From Neoechinorhynchus agilis (lineage: Eukaryota > Animalia > Acanthocephala), in contig CM121342.1 in NCBI GenBank assembly GCA_051530055.1, positions 4,277,489 through 4,341,488 on the forward strand: DNA of 64,000 nt, written 5' to 3'. Made by a program: the position numbers and the translations under genes. Positions within the stretch are counted from its first letter, which is position 1, and each line of letters opens with the position of its first letter. Shown piece after piece: positions 61,976 through 64,000 of this stretch. Below the pieces are notes generated by a model. It saw nothing but the letters and a program-made list of their open reading frames with translations. It was not told the DNA's origin and did not search any database.

Positions 61976-62946
61976 CGCTCCCGCACTTTAAAATTAGTTT
62001 TGTAAAAAAAATTTGAACATTTACTCTTTTTTAAAATGAATTTAAATTTTATTCGGAACAACTCTTTTTGTGACCAAAAATCGTCCATGAGCAATTTAAA
62101 TTTATCGATATGAGTTTTGGTTTCGCTAATTTCTACGTTCGTCGTCAAAGTTTTTGAAACTTTAACATGCGCCAAAACGGAAAAATCTCTAAATCATACC
62201 CTCAAACTGCGGAAATCCATTAGAATCAAATAATTATGAATCATATTTATCACACTGTGCAATGTTAAGAAGTATTTTAAGTGCTTTGGAGAATGGTAGC
62301 AACGTCTTAAAAAATTTTTGTTCCAAGTTTGCCGATTTCGCAAAACCAATTTAAATTATGCCAGTTGATCACACGAGTCGATTAGTTTCATTCAGGAATT
62401 TTATAGATGATCAACATTCGAAGATGGATGAATGAACATGAAAATTGGACAAGAGTTAAAATGCGATTTTCAAATTAGCCATTCCCGATTTTGTCTAACG
62501 GCATTTTCCACTTCTTTTTTCCAATGACTTTAATTGAAAAGCGAACGATCGAAGGTTCTTGGAATATTTAATGAAAAAATCCGTACTTTTATAACTTATC
62601 GATTATAGTTTCTCATTTGCGTTGGCATTAAAAGCGCAACATCCTGATGATGATCCATCTGATCAAATATTGACACTTGTGGCACTCATAAAATTGGTCT
62701 TATATTTTGGTGATATTTAACGGAATTTCGCATCTTCACATATAGATAATAGGGAATTCTGGAATGTTTTCTTTATTATTACAGACGAACAGATACCTGT
62801 GAGATAATTATAAAATGGAGGCGAGATTCCACGGTAAAAAGCGCGTTAATCATTCATTTTGTTTACTCGAATCAAAATATTTTTTAAATTTTTTAATTTT
62901 CCATTTAAATTTTGTGTTAAAAATAGCTCGCTAATTATGCCAATTT

Positions 62947-63228
62947 TTAAACCCCCGAATTTGGTGAAACCCCATAGTTCTTATCTATTTCTCCGTCTTC
63001 GGTTATGTGAGTGATGAATACCTCTCGTTCACTAAGAAGAGGGTTTATATTGGCAGCATCCATCTGTCGAGCATTCAACATTTCCCGCGTGATTTGGCTG
63101 GATGTGGCCAACAAACTTGAGTGTGAGATATGCGTCTTCTCGAAATTTCTGTGCATCCGGATAATGGCTGCCGTTTGTTGTGAGTGTAGAAGTGTGACAA
63201 GAACGTCTTTTGTTCTCGCTGAAGCCAA
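62947..63228 (-). CDS. Possible first exon of an unknown gene, divergent from the KCNH gene
   Basis: Open protein-like frame; upstream poly-T+AG is either an acceptor or a homopolymer frameshift (8 T instead of 9 would join ATG 63282 in frame). Confidence 0.3.
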   Translation of the reverse strand: MASARTKDVLVTLLHSQQTAAIIRMHRNFEKTHISHSSLLATSSQITREMLNARQMDAANINPLLSEREVFITHITEDGEIDKNYGVSPNSGV

Positions 63229-63327
63229 AAAAGGGGCGTTATCGTAACGAGCACTTGAATAAGAAAAAAAAAGGGTTCATCATAAAGGTCAGCTCGTTGC
63301 AGATATGCCATTTTGTATTGGGAAAAT

Positions 63328-64000
63328 ATGCCAATAAAACGCGGTCATGTTCGATCAGCTCGTAACGTATTCATCGATACTGTACTCCGAAAATTCGACG
63401 TTCAATGTAACTCTTTTCAACACTAACGATTCATCTCTCATCTCTTTGTCGATAGGCCGTTGCTTTGTTGTAGTAAGCACCGCCATGTCGGAGTATCCGA
63501 TGGTATTCGTGAGCGACCGATTCTGTACAGTGTTTCAATACTCAAAAGACGAACTCATTTCAAAATCACCGGACTTTTTTGTCGATAAACAATCAGATGA
63601 GACAAACGTTGCCATATTTAATATGGCTTTGGAAGGAAAGGCCGTTACTGTACCGTCCATGTTTTATTTTCGAAAAGACGGTTTGTTTGTTTATTTCCTT
63701 TTTTATTATTTTTTGATTTAAAAAGGTCAACGTATTCGTTGTAAAGTTAAAGCGACTACGTTATCCGATGAATCGGAATTCGTTGAAGACAGTCAAATTT
63801 CTTTGGTCGTCCTTGAGTTCTTACTTGAGAATGATAGACCAACAAACAGTCTCGTGCCTCGTAGGAACTCTCACTTTGTATTCTAATTCGCTTTTAATTT
63901 AGCTAAAGATACATTCGGACATCACTCACATGAAGAATATAATCAGACAACGTATAAAGCAAGCTCAGGAGATGAACACAATGGATGCTCAGGTGAATGA
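63328..64000 (+). CDS. KCNH2: ERG/KCNH potassium channel N-terminus (PAS-cap and PAS), runs off the window
   Basis: Exon 1 MPIKRGHVRSARNVFIDTVLRKFDVQ resembles ERG [25 protein letters not shown]; GT-AG introns 63407-63455 (CTAAC branch) and 63681-63725; PAS ..YPMVFVSDRFC..YSKDEL..FRKDG. Symbol indicates the ERG subfamily, not a specific paralog. Confidence 0.8.

Noticed and set aside
61735-62175. 146-aa host protein
   Set aside because: Chance fusion of AT-rich sequence with the duplicated retroelement fragment.
1-64000. Alternative genetic code or stop readthrough
   Set aside because: RPL23A and VTA1 end in TAA, XPO5 and NUP35 in TGA at expected C-termini; long conserved ORFs have no in-frame stops.

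Overview
AT-rich, gene-dense window from a highly divergent animal (lineage not identifiable here), with mostly short GT-AG introns (about 45-120 nt) and the standard genetic code. Recognisable genes: 3' part of a Fat-type cadherin, NUP35, XPO5, a putative type II membrane glycosyltransferase-like gene, DGK-theta, myosin VII, RPL23A, VTA1, TOP3A and the 5' end of an ERG/KCNH channel, plus several multi-exon genes I cannot name. By hand tally about a third of the window is tandem arrays, mostly of unrelated units (30, 74, 102, 118, 144, 155, ~172, 205, 208, 225, 231, 267, 329 bp), plus foldback/MITE-like elements, a 5'-truncated CR1/L2-like LINE with a TSD and two CRE-like retroelement relics. 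The most interesting pattern is that several arrays appear to have been amplified in place from adjacent functional sequence: a possible exon+intron module (225 bp), a terminal exon (208 bp), an entire intron (118 bp) and a LINE 3' end (74 bp). Gene models were spliced by eye; coordinates of arrays and unnamed genes are approximate.
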